From: Dicyema japonicum
Lineage: Eukaryota > Animalia > Dicyemida
Direction: 5' to 3'
DNA length: 64,000 nucleotides
Assembly (NCBI GenBank): GCA_011109175.1
Contig: RDEW01000033.1
Location: forward strand, 310,001-374,000
Each line of letters opens with the position of its first letter. The first letter of the stretch is position 1. This document shows positions 13,606-25,632 of this stretch, in pieces. The notes beneath the pieces are model-generated. The model was given only the letters and a program-made list of their open reading frames with translations. It did no database searches and was not told the DNA's origin. The position numbers were made by a program, and so were the translations under genes.

Positions 13606-14677
13606 TTAATTGGAAGAATCCTCATCTATCAGATATACAATCTTCACAACATAAAAGTACTCATCCCCGAAATTACAATTAATATATTTAAGGAACGATC
13701 AAGTCCCAGCATTATCATAGACTACTCCCACTGTATTCACTTATTGTTTGGTATTCTCACAAGCTCATCCCCTCCTTGGGTGTCCACAAATACAACATAC
13801 CCCCCGCATTGGTTAGAATCAAAGTCTAATACTCATCATTATAAGTTCACTTGTGATACAAACAGTAAATAGAAACAAATAGTATCCATGTCATCCAAAA
13901 CCTCTTCTTTGCTGTGTAGAAGAGTGTACATCCCCCCAAGTCTCCACACTACAATGAATCCCTCATCCAAATTTCCAGTTCGGAAATATCCATCAAAAAA
14001 CTTGGTCATCATCCTCACTTGAACACATCCGTGATTTCATGCTCTCCTTCGAGTAATCCAAATTTCTACCCCCATTACGATAATAATACTGGAAATCAAT
14101 CAGCCCTGTCTCCTCCAAGCAGTTTCCCCAGACCAAGCCAAGAAATCCTAAGGTTCGTATAAACTTGGGTCTTAAAAAGTAAAATCACATAGTCATGAGG
14201 ATATAGGAAGTCTCCCAAAATTCTGTGAAATTGGGAACGTGCCATTTCAGTGAGAAAGGATGAGTTAAAGTAAAGAGACAAGTCTTTGGAAGCGTCAATT
14301 GTGCGTCAATCTCCGAAAATTCCATCTTTAACAGAATTCAGTTCATCGGTCCATCTAAAGCAGAAAAGATCTGTCTCGTGAGCTCTGTACTCGAAATTGT
14401 TTACCTCATCCTTCAATGACTCCAATACGTCGTCATCAAAACAGAAATTCCTAAATTGAAAGGTCGAAAACGGTTCTTTGAGGATGAAGTCTTAATAAGT
14501 TACCTTTAAACCATCAGAGATGTAGGAATTAGTTTTGGTAGAATTTAGTCATTCGTTGTAATCATTGACCGATTTGGAAGACGAATATAGGGGGTTTATT
14601 TCAAATTTTGCAGTTTCCTTAATTCTGGGATTATATTTTCCGTTAATAAACTTTAGAGGCTTGGCAGAATTTTCCAT
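13606..14677 (-). pseudogene. OGFOD1: OGFOD1/Tpa1-like gene with the central 2OG-Fe(II) dioxygenase core missing; possibly a pseudogene
   Basis: N-terminal KEPFSTFQFRNF..LKDEV..DLFCF and C-terminal-domain YFNSSFL..RILGDFLYP, GMYTLLH, RGYVVFVDTQGGDELVRIP..VVYDN..FLKYINC resemble human OGFOD1 as I recall it. In-frame TGAs and frameshifts are present, with candidate 21- and 23-nt introns. Confidence 0.7.
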
Positions 14678-14769
14678 TACCGCGTTTTAGTTAAATATAT
14701 AAAATATTTTCATATTAATATTTGTAATTAAAAACTATTTTATAAATTTCACAGTTTATTAAAAATAAA

Positions 14770-15249
14770 ACACAAAAGTCACACGAGCCCTTATCAAGAA
14801 GACCCTAGTGAATATAAATGAAGCAATCGGAATTATATACCGCCAGACAATCGCGCCGGCTGTGGAATATGTCTCTGCTGCGTGGAGATTCGCGTTATTA
14901 GAGGCCACTATCCAAAAACTAAACTTACTGCAAAGGAAAACAATACGTATGCTGGGACCACAATGTGGCACAAAAATACCTCCCCTGCTGACGGAATCTA
15001 CAACTCGTAGATGTGGTCCCGGATTTCTCCGCATTTGTGAGGAAGATGGACACTTACTAAGCCTCTCACGCAAAAGAAGATCGGTTGGCTAAGAAATTTC
15101 CTTCCCAATCAGCTCCTCTGCAAGGATCAAAAAAGGCATTTCCGTTCGACAGTGGGAACAATGGAGACGCACATACATCGGATGGTACGTATGGTTGCGG
15201 GAATTGGGATCACCTTTACTAGTTTTGTCTCTCTTTCTCGGTGATCCCA
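14770..15249 (+). mobile_element. Vingi-like LINE 3' fragment whose tail is split by the RTE insertion (tail resumes at 18215-18245)
   Basis: YRQTIAPAVEYVSAAWRF..LQRKTIR; related copies at 34425-35030 and 41900-42412. Confidence 0.8.
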
Positions 15250-18214
15250 TTTTTTTATTTAAAGCACTCCGAGAAGTCATAAAATTAATCAAGCCTCCCT
15301 TGTGCCGTATTTCTAGCCATCCTCTCTATCAGCCTTTTCCAGGACCCTCTACTTCGTGCCAGTTCCCTTAAGGTATCTAGGTCGTCTGCGGAAGTGAGCT
15401 TCAGTCCCACAGCCGACAGGTCTCCATTCAAAATAGTTGGGAGTGTGACTCTTGGTCTTCCACGGAAACCGGCTCCCGTATGCATTAGGTAGTTTTCCAT
15501 GGCGATATTCGCGGGTACTTGAGCATTTAGACGTAAGATATGTCCAAAGAGACTCCATCTTGATCTGAAGATCTCCTCGGATAGTATACCAGATTTGCAC
15601 TTCGAGTAGAGGTCATTGTTTGAGATCTTCTTAGGCCACTTGATCTTGATTACTGATTTCAATTGTGTCCTGTGGAAAGCGTCAAGACGGTCCATCTCTT
15701 GTTTAGAGATTCCCCAAGTGCCTGAATTGTAGGTCAGGACGGGGATGACAAAAGCCTTATATATTCTGAGTTTGGTGTTTAATCCCATCCTCTTCTTATG
15801 ACCCCACATATTCGATACTTTCTTTAGTGCACACATTGCGAGGATTTTCCTCCGAGAAACATCTTCTGAGTCCCCGAGAAGCGAACCCACCTTCTTTTGC
15901 TTTCTCCAAGACTCGTCCGATCTTCGATCATTGCGTGTAAGTGTTGTGAACTCTGTTTTATCGGTGTTAACGGTTAAGAACCATTTCGAGAATACGTGTG
16001 GAAGAACGTTAAGCATGTGTTGAAGTACTTGAATATCCTCAGAAACAAAGTCCAGGTCGTCCGCGTAGATTATCTCGTTATAATTGTTGCCAACCAGGGG
16101 TCTGAACTCTCTTAGTGCGGCCTCAAGGTAGACAATAAAGAGGACCGGGGATAGTGAGTCCCCCTGTGGAACTCCACGTGAGGTCGAAAAAAAGTTAGAG
16201 GTAGAGTCACCAATTTTGACGGCAAGTTGAGTGTTCCGCATGAGTAAGTGTATTATTTTGACATCGTCAGGCAGTAGAAAACTCTCCAACACTTCCATAA
16301 GTTTTCCACGGTCCACCGAGTCGAACGCACGGGACATGTCGATACCAAGTATCTCAATAGATTTTTTGTATTTTTGGCACAGGGCACAATACCACCTGTG
16401 CCCCCATACCACGTCAGCCGTGGACCTGCCCGTCCGGAATCCACTTTGGCCGTCCGAAAGAAATATGTTCACCCTCTCCTTTATTCGGTTTAAAGCAATG
16501 AGGGATAATGTTTTTCGTATGGAGGTTAGGAGTATAATAGGTCTGAAGTTGTGAGGGGGCCTTTACTTTTTCCCGGTTTTTGTAGTGGAATTAGCCACCC
16601 TTTTCCCAGTTCCAGTTCATCTGCACCCTCGAGAGACCGGTTGAAAATGTTAGTAATCATTTCAATTAGCTCCTCCGGGCCGTATTGTAAAAGTTCTGCA
16701 GTAATGAAGTCTGGTCCGGCAGATCTTCCGGTATTTAATTTTTTAATAGCTTGTTGAGTTTCGGATATGGTAATAGGGCTAGTTAGAGTGTACTTGTAAG
16801 ACTTCCGAGATTTCATTGCTTGGTCAGCCGCGTCCTGTTTGTTGAACATAAGGTCAAAATGGGATGCCAGAACGTTTGCTTTGTTAATGGTCCCGATAAC
16901 GTCGTGACCAAGGTTGTCATGGACAGTTAACGAAATTGGACAGTTTTCTCTGCTAAGAAGCCGGATTGCTTTGAACATTCTTGGTCCGTTCTTGTACTTT
17001 AATATGTCTGAGATTTTCTCCTCAGCTTCATTTTTGGCAAGGAATCTTTGTATTTGTTTGATCTTCGTTAAGACTCTCCCTCTCTGGGTGCGCAGTACTT
17101 TGATATCTTCCGGAGCGTTTGTGTTTTCCATCCGGAGTCTGAGCTCTTTCTGTGTTACAGAGAGTTGTCCGATATCCGGATTACATTGTTTGTGACGAGA
17201 TTTGGTGATGTGACCAAGCACACTAAAGGCTGTGTTTTGGATAGCAACCACTATTTCATCCCATAAGCTGTTTGTCGGCTGATTTTGGTTAATACTGTTG
17301 ATGCTATCTCTCAGAACTGCACTATAACGACATTTGGTGGATTCTTCGTAGCGTAACCTCTCAGTGTCGAAACGTACTGAGGTAAGGCCTTTGTGTTTCC
17401 CGTGTATTCCATGGATTCTTTTAAGTACTAGCCGGGCGACCACAAGTTTATGATCGCTACTTGTTTCAAGTCCACCGTAAGATCTCGAGTCCTGTAGGAG
17501 GGCCCTTCTGATGTTTGCTTGCAGATAATATAGTCGATCTGATTGTAATATTGAACTGTGTTTCCAGATTTGCCTTTTCTGGTACCAACCCACGTGGTCC
17601 TGTGTCTTGCCGGGTGCTTGAAACAAGTGTTGCATATGAGTAGGTTGAATGCCGTGCAAAATTGTATTAATGCCTCTCCGGGGATGTTACGGCGGTTTCT
17701 ACCGTGGGATCCAATACACGTTTCACCAGGTCTTGCTTTTCCGGCCCTGGCGTTCCAGTCCCCGGCGATAAAAAGAAAGTAAGAGGATGAGAGTGAGTTG
17801 TACACACTTGTGAGAGTAGAGTAAAACGTATCCAGTTCTTCGATATTCGTTGATACACGTGCTCCGGTTGGGGCATATACATTTATGATGGAGATCACTG
17901 AGTTGAGTTTGTTTCCGCATTTGATTTGTAACACCGCGACACGGTCAGATACTGCCCATACTCTTGAGACACAGTGAAACAAGTGCCGATGAACAGCAAA
18001 TCCGAGCCCATAGTGCCTGCAGTCTGGTGTGAGGGTCAAAAGGTAAAAATTCTGAAACAGTTCTGCAGTTTGTTCGGTTATTTTCGTCTCTTGCAAACAA
18101 CATACAGAGATGTTGTATTTACTCAGATCACGCGCCAATTGTTGTTTCTTGTAGCACTGATTGAGGCCTCGGCAGTTGAGGGATCCAAGAGTGAGGGGAG
18201 AAACTGGTAAGCAA
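15250..18214 (-). mobile_element. young RTE-like LINE (APE plus RT) flanked by a 12-bp target-site duplication
   Basis: LGSLNCRGL..CCLQETK..INVYAP..GDWNA..NQIDYI, GRSAGPD, GFRTGRSTAD, DMSRAFDSVD, GVPQGDSLSP, YADD. TCGGTGATCCCA occurs at 15238-15249 and 18215-18226. Only two one-base frameshifts are seen, both at short homopolymer runs. Confidence 0.95.
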
Positions 18215-18340
18215 TCGGTGATCCCAGGGTTAATAAATAAATAAAAAATCAATCAAAAGTGGTCTCCACCAAAATAATTGACGTTGAGTTGCCTCTCGTA
18301 ATCGCACCAGAGATCAACAGGAGAAACCACCGAGTCTAAC

Positions 18341-18400
18341 GTGCGTCGTGGCTTCTTAGTGTAGCTAGGCGTCCAAGTTTCTTTAGGAAACGAAATGATT
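18341..18400 (+). ncRNA. degenerate copy of the HDV-topology 5' motif
   Basis: GCGTC..GGCTTC-TAG loop CTA-GGCGTC-CAA-GTTTC/GAAAC hairpin-GAAA; the P2 pairing is poor. Confidence 0.35.
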
Positions 18401-18439
18401 TCCCACTTATTCCTCTAGTTGTCTCAACGACAATGGGGT

Positions 18440-18860
18440 AGAACGTAAATCGTCTTGGGAATCGTCCTGCACTTCTTCGACAAGAAAGGGCATGATGTCC
18501 ATAACAGTCGATGGTACCACCATACTGGCATTTGTGAGTTTGACAAATCTTCCCTCCAAGTCTGATGGAACTCCATTTGCATCTTCCAGTGACTAGACAG
18601 TGTTGGTTTTATTTGTTCAGAACACTCTCATATTTATCTTTGCAGATTGTCCTGTGACGGTCTTTCTGCTCATGCATTATCCCTTTCAAATGCTCCATAT
18701 ATGTGATTTCAGACGATTCTGTTCGGAGTTGGAGAATCAGCTTGATCAGCAATCGGATGGAGCACAAGGACAAATACGCGGAGCAAGCCAAATCCTTAGG
18801 TGAAAGGATTCCCAGTCCACCCAAGTTAACGGGTAAAGTCGCTACCATTCTAGATTTCCT
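18440..18860 (-). mobile_element. CRE-like element internal fragment
   Basis: LPVNLGGLGILSPKDLACSAYL and GTIDCYGHHALSCRRSAGRFPR. Confidence 0.75.
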
Positions 18861-21271
18861 CTTTCCTTCCAGGTTTCTGAATTGGGATCAAGGTACCATT
18901 CTCCGCATCAAATGGACTGTGACATTTGAACGTCTGTTCAGGGTTGTGCAGATTAACTCAGCCACCCTTTCTGGCGTGTATTTCAATAATTCTGCACTCA
19001 CGTTGTTCCGTCTAGGGGATCTGCCATTCTTGAACTTACCCAAGGCTGAAATAATTTAGTAATGCGTGATGCTTTAATTCAAGTCTCTGGGAATTCCTTC
19101 GAACGGTTCAAGTGTTCATTGAGATTTAGTCGTTTTTTTGACACCTCCGGGTGACACATTCGAGTCGACATTTTCCATTAGTTTCGATATTTTCTCGACG
19201 TACTTTTTACGGGTATCACCGGTAGAGCCTCCACGGCTAAGTTCCTGCTCTGGAGATTCCAAAGCGTCGCTTTAGAATGAGGTAAGTGATGCACGTCACC
19301 ACTTTAACCAAGTAAAATTCACTTAATCAGATAATTTTGTCGTTTTACTTTGTTAATGATTAATTTATGTTGATAAAAAATAGAGAATATAAAGATAACT
19401 ATTTATCTTATGGTTTTATTCAAAATCCAAAAGATCAACTTAAACCCTTGTGTTTGCAATGATTTGCCGATTTTTCTAACGAATCAATGAAGGCATCAAG
19501 TTTAGTAGAACAAAAGCATCTCCAATCACAAGGAAAAGATAATATTTTTATAAGTCTAAACCAAAACCATAACAAAAGGATAAAACTAACTTCATTAATA
19601 AAGCCTCAAACTATTCGGGATGTGTATTCATATAAAGTTGCATAAATTATCGCCAATATTGGTTTTTCTTAATTTAATTTAGGTAATCCTCAATCTATTG
19701 CTGAGAGTTGTACCTTTATTTGTAGAAATACTTATAAATCATATTCTGCAGAGGGAATCTTCCAAATTATTAAAAATATTCCGATTTTCTAAAGATCTCT
19801 AACATTCCTTAATTATTAATCTCAGAAAAACAAAATTTTCTGTACAACTTATCAGGATCATAGAGGGCCGGACATCATTATTTTCCTTCCTTTGATGGCG
19901 CAATTAGATCCATCTTACTGAGGAGACGCCCTATGCCTGTCCGGCATCAAGAAGATCCACTATTCTTCCCCGGGGGACAATGTCGTTATCTGGAGACAAG
20001 TTCTGGAACGCTGGAACGAGTTAGGATCAAGGAGTAAGTTAGTTTGGTTACCCTTGGTCTTTGGAATAATTTTACTTTTTTTAAATTAATTAAGGGTTAT
20101 CACGGACGTTACCCACTTCATGTATACTGGATGATGCGAAAATGTCCTTTCTTCCTTTTGTAGTTGACAGCAAATCACTGGCTCCTGTGAGACCTGGGTT
20201 ACTTCACTAATTATTTACTTGGTGTCCATACGGATACATTCAGTTTCTTGATAACTTTTGTGCTGTACTTTGACGGATTGAGAGTTAAGCCCAGTGATCA
20301 CCTTAAAAATCTATTTTTGTTTTAATTCATATTTTGATCAATGCACTCCCATCTTTTTATTCATTCATTCTTTTTTAACCCCAAGACTACTAAGAAAGAA
20401 CTAACTTACAAATTAAGTGATCCCTGCTTCCAACATCTCTCGAATTCTCTTCGAATGCTCCGCAGTGAACCAACAGCGTTTCTGAAGTGTCTTCTTTAAT
20501 TTCTGCAGAGGAATTCTATCGGAGTGCACTTTTTTAATGCCGGTCTGAATTCCTCCCCATGAACCATCTTCTTTCTGAATGGGTTTCCTAGCTCATTGCA
20601 CATACGTAGGAAGCCCAGGCCATTTCTCACCGTTGCCTACTCTGAAAGCAGACTGGGGACGGATGTGGAGTCTGATTGTATGTGCCTCATGATCTTCCGT
20701 CTGAGAGAATTCACACGCTCCACCCTCGTAGAAGGAATGGCGAATCTCGAGGCAGAACAGGCATATTTATTTATTTAACCCCAAGACCACCAGGAAAGAT
20801 AAGTCAAAACTAACTAATTAGGTGGATGAGTGAGGGATTTGATTGTATAAAAACACAGCTTTTCGAATATGCTTTATCCACTCTTTTTTTCATTCGAAGC
20901 CATCATTTTTGCTAAACTTCTTGTGATCGACTGATTAAATCTTTCAACGATTCCTCGACTCTGGGGAGCAACCTCGACGCCGTAGCGGCTTCGGCTCGCG
21001 ACATATTAAAGCATTTCGAGGATCATTTGTTTTGTCCCTTTCGGTATTGAGACGTTATCAATTTTTGCCCCACAAACTAGTCCGTCGGATCGGTTTAATG
21101 ATCCGAAAGGTCATCAAGGGGAGAGTGGATCTCGATAGTTATTCTCAGAGAAAACATCCTGGCAATTCAAGTGCCCAAATTAATTATATGAAATGCTTTT
21201 TTCATTCTTCTTTAAGGATTAATATTTTACGACAATTCTCCACGCTTGGGGACAATAAACCTAACTATAGC

Positions 21272-21890
21272 GTGTCCATTCAAAATGGCCTCTTTCAAAA
21301 TGGCCTCCAATTATTTTTACAGGTTTTGGATAAGTTCATCAATAAACATCACGAGATTTTAACTAAATATATCGCTTTATCTAGGACCTGTTAAAATCAA
21401 TTTTTATAAGATTTTAAAAAGATGACTTTTTTACCTAAAGATGTCGAGGACCTTGGTAAAATCAATTTTTATAAGATTTTAAAAAGATGACTTTTTTACC
21501 TAAAGATGTCGAGGACCTTGTTAAAATCAATTTTTATAAGATTTAAAAAGATTACTTTTTTACCTAAAGATTTAAGATTTAAAAAAGATGACTTTTTTAT
21601 CTAAAGATGTTGAGGACCTTAGCAAAATGTTCCACTTACCCATACGACCCCTTAAAATCAATTTTTGTAAGATTTAAAAAAGATGACTTTTTTATCTAAA
21701 GATGTTGAGGACCTTAGCAAAATGTTCCACTTACCCATAGGACCCCTTAAAATCAATTTTTATAAGATTTAAAAAGATGACTTTTTTACCTAAAGATGTC
21801 GAGGACCTTAGTAAAATATCTCGTGATGTCTATTGATGAACTTATCCAAAACCTGAGAAATTTAATTGGAGGCCATTTTGAATGGGAACC
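21272..21890. mobile_element. non-autonomous foldback/MULE-like DNA transposon with an internal tandem array
   Basis: Imperfect inverted repeats of about 80-90 bp (21272-21364 versus 21810-21890), a 9-bp direct repeat AACTATAGC at 21263-21271 and 21891-21899, and internal 64-65 bp and 94-101 bp units. Confidence 0.8.
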
Positions 21891-22669
21891 AACTATAGCC
21901 CTCTGCTAGGTGGAAAAACAAGTTTTGTAGTCTCAGATCATGGAACTCAGGTTATAACATCCATATATGCAAGAATTATAGTTTTCCGCAGGTTTTGGCT
22001 CTCAGGTCACTCAGTAATAAGAACTAGAGACAATGGAAAAACGTTAGGTGCCCCAGTTTACATGGTAGATTCTCAGATAAGATATGGTTGTCAGGTAACC
22101 TGGCTTTGATAGTCCTCTCTTGAAGTTATGTTGAAAGGAATTTATGGGGAGATATGGATCATATTGAGAATAATTTTTTTCTAATATTCTTGAAGATGAA
22201 CAGAGAATGGATACTGAATGTACAAAGGAGAGTCCTGTTCTTTCAGGTTTATGATTGGTCGATTGTTGGATAGCTTCCAGATGATCAGTTTTAACATTTA
22301 GCACTTTCTACATACTTTTGTAAGTATTTATCACATTTGTGTTCATATAAAGTATGGGGGAACTTTTTGATTTTTTCTGACTTTCTCAGGATCTCCTTCT
22401 CAAATAGCTGGATCCCCCTGATTTCTTGGGTTTAGTTTTGGATTTTTTCTTCTCGAAATATGGTAGAAATGATCTCTGAGTTAAAAGAAATCTAAAATCA
22501 ATGATTTAAAATGACTATAAATGATAGTTTGGTATCAAGTCGAAGTTCAAGAGGACATCGATTTTAAAGAAGTCAAAACTTCACTTCTCAAAATGAAGTA
22601 TAAATGAATTTTTGCTTTTGTCGAAAGATTTTATTGGCCATTTTCTAGTATTTAATTAATCAGTTTATT

Positions 22670-22860
22670 AACTCGGATACACCAAAAAATAAGTTAGCAG
22701 TAAACAACTAATAAGTGCATTCAGTTTCCAATGTCAAAGAAACAGAGTCCTTCAACGTCACACAAGTCCACCCAGAACCAGAGTAAAAGGTAAAAGACGT
22801 CCATTCCTTGCAGTTTTGAAAACCCCTCCAGTGAGTGGGGGAGATCCTTTTTCATGCCAG
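22670..22860 (-). mobile_element. 5'-truncated copy of the 300-nt non-autonomous element (family of 24050-24352 and 62693-62997)
   Basis: Clear alignment to the 3' part of those copies; truncated inside the P4 hairpin of the motif. Confidence 0.75.
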
Positions 22861-24049
22861 TATAGTAATATAAAAGCATAAAATTATTGAAAGTCATAGG
22901 ATAAGGGTTGTGTTATGGCATCGAACACACAATGGGGGTTACCTCTCATGATCGCGAGCCCAATGTTCTGAAAGACATTCTAGGCTCTCCCTTCCTCAGT
23001 CCTGCAAGCCACCCGATCAGCCAGATAAATTTTGTTGTGCTGAGGCCGAGCATGTCCGACGTCTCAACAGAGATCGACCCAATGCCACAGTACTTCTTCC
23101 TTTTTGAATCTTTGCAGTACTCACTACGGAACCCATGCACAATGATGACTTTAGCAGATTCCCATTTGAGAAAGTATCCTTGCACGTTGAGTCCTAAGCA
23201 AAACACCTCCTTTGGCTCATGATTGTTACGCCATCCGGCCTCTTCCATCACCTTTCAAGTCTGACGGGTTCCAGAAGGCAAGTAAACTCGGAGTCTTCTA
23301 CAGTCCTCATGATAGTCGAGTTTAGCATGGTATGGCGATGGAATCTCCATGTGCTCAGTCTGAATGACAGCGGATGCTTGTCCTTTCCTGTCAATCATCA
23401 CATCGACATCTGTGTTCCAAACAGGCATCGAGGCCTAACCGAAGAGCAACTCCAATAGTATCGTCATCCAAAAAAGTACAAACTCCGCGAACCGATAAGG
23501 CATTGAGTCAGGACCACGAATTCTCAGCGGACGGATTCAATAAATATTCCATTTTTTTGTTGAAGAAATTGTGAATACAGGGTCCAGACACAATCCTGTT
23601 TAAAAACATTAGATTGATTCGACCAAGGCGCAGCAACTTGCAAGGTACAAAATGTAGTAGAGAATGGCCTTCTAAGTACAAAGCCAAGAGTGTGATCTTT
23701 TAAGACAAGTGAACTCTTCAATCCGTACATAAGATAAGACAAATTCGGCAATTTCAACCGTCATAGAAACACAGAACTCCAGTCACGCCTGAGGGAATTG
23801 AACGAATTGGAGATATCCAGTTTCACAAGTTTACGCTCTTTAAAATTACAGAAGGAGGTAAATAAACGTGTCGATGAACGGCGGCCTCACAGCAGTGAGG
23901 GACACTAACACTCAGCTGTGTTGGAGATAACTCCTCGCCCAGATAGTTACGTATAAATTTCATTGAAAGCTTTGACTCTAAACGTCTCAAGAAATTCTCA
24001 AAAGCGATTGGATGAATACCACCGTTTATTTTTTTTATTTTATTTATTT

Positions 24050-24352
24050 ATTAACCCCGGGAAAGAAGTTAAAGTAAACAACTAATTAAGTGTATCCAGT
24101 TTCCACTTCTACAGAAAAAGTCCATCCGGAATCAGCATAAAGGTAAGACGTCCATTACATGCAGTTGTGGAAACCCCTCCAGTGGAGTGGGGGAGAGCAA
24201 ATGATCCTTTTTCGTGCCGGCCTGGCACTGGGCGTCACCTAGACAGGTGGATCACATGACGCCACTCTATTAGGAAGAGACAGGAGGAACAGACAAGCAA
24301 GCAGAAACTTCAACCAATTAGCCACGCAACACCACATGGCGCCACGCGTTTG
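24050..24352 (-). mobile_element. non-autonomous Vingi-derived short element carrying the HDV-topology motif
   Basis: Highly similar along its length to 62693-62997; ends in a LINE-type CCCGGGGTTAATAAAT tail; no long ORF. Confidence 0.85.
24202..24263 (-). ncRNA. candidate HDV-like self-cleaving ribozyme (best copy)
   Basis: GGCGTC-ATG-TGATCC-ACC-TGTCTA-GGT-GACGCC-CAG-TGCC/GGCA hairpin-CGAAAAA-GGATCA. P1, P2, P3 and P4 pair perfectly in HDV order. Confidence 0.65.
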
Positions 24353-25169
24353 GTTTGTTGAACACATGTAAAAGAGCACTGTAGAAGAGGTTCCTCGCGA
24401 AAGGGTTGAAAAAATCATTGATTAGTCTGTTGGTCAATTTTTAATAGATCTTATTAGGTTTCGTCCTGCCTGGGCGATGCCAGAGACAAAATATTTTACA
24501 TGACCCGACCGTAGACCATCAATCCCAACACTGTTGGAGCTGTGAAAGGATCGAATTGCATTACCTCCTCTGAAACAACGGACACGTGGAGACTGCATTG
24601 AAGGTTACACACTTTATTTTTTAGACTAATTATTAAAGACAATCCGGTCACCAAGCGAAATATCATTAATTCTATTCGTTACTTATAACTCAGCGGCATC
24701 CAGAGTTTAATGACTTTTGTTTACTGATTATCATACTATCAAGTGAATCATAAAACTATACACGTGGACTACTTAACAGAATCCGTTGGGAAACAAATTT
24801 CCTCAATCATTAACTTGAGGTCATTCCTGTGAATAAATTTCAATATCACAAAAAATGACAAAAAAATCTATTCATATTAGACAGGTGGTTATATTCTATT
24901 GAGTCCCCTCAGCTCTCATAATCAAAATCATAATCCACCAATGTAATAGATGATTACATAAGTTTATAGAAGGAATATGTACATTGATGAATATTTCATT
25001 AATATTTATCATCATCAGGGACAATAGACATTGTTAATATTTATCAAACACTTTAACTAATAAGAACAACAAGAAGTAACTACAAAACGTGTGAGAATAA
25101 TATTTATTTTTTATTTGAAATTAAAGATTAAATATATATATTTAATTAAAATGAATCAAATTGGCAGAT

Positions 25170-25632
25170 CTTCTTGACATTCGGCAATGAACGGCATCAT
25201 TAAGAGGGCATTAGAATCGGCTGGATTCCGTTGCCGGATCGAACCGATTGGTCTATTTGACAACGGAAGACGCCCTGACGGCATGACCTCCTTTCCTTTT
25301 GAGCGAGGGCGAAACCTTGTATGGGATGTGACCTGTGTCTGCTCTTTCGCCCCAAGCAAAAAAAATTATTCACCGGGCAGACCTTCTTCTCAAGCAGAGG
25401 AAGTAAAAAATGCTAAATATTCGGATATCAGCGACAGGTACATTTTCGCACCTGTCGCGATTGAAACTTCGGGGAACTTTGGCCCTAAAACGCTGAAGTT
25501 CCTGAACCATTTGGGAAAACTACTAACTGACAAAACTGGTGATCTTCGTGAGACGAGATGGCTCAAGGAGAGGCTCTCGTTGGCTGTTGTCCGTGGGAAT
25601 AGCTTGTGCATCTCCCAACAGCTGAATTAAAA
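25170..25632 (+). mobile_element. CRE-like element 3' end (restriction-like endonuclease)
   Basis: IEPIGLFDNGRRPDGMTSFPFERGRNLVWDVTCV..AEEVKNAKY..PVAIETSG..ERLSLAVVRGN. Confidence 0.9.

Noticed and set aside
13606-14677. In-frame TGA codons in the OGFOD1-like gene suggesting TGA reassignment
   Set aside because: CNNM and ENT terminate at TGA, and the long CNNM exon has no in-frame TGA and uses TGG for Trp. Decay or sequence error is simpler.
18215-18252. ORF start MIFYLFINPG as a further 2A-like motif
   Set aside because: It is the antisense reading of the TSD and tail of the interrupted element and lacks DxE and the final P.
20540-20600. QKEDGSWG resembling a terpene-cyclase QW repeat
   Set aside because: Isolated motif in a stop-interrupted frame within a LINE 3' remnant (GIT-stop tail at 20355-20425).
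21384-21810. CRISPR-like repeat array
   Set aside because: Units are head-to-tail with no unique spacers, lie inside TIRs with a TSD, and there are no cas genes; the context is eukaryotic.
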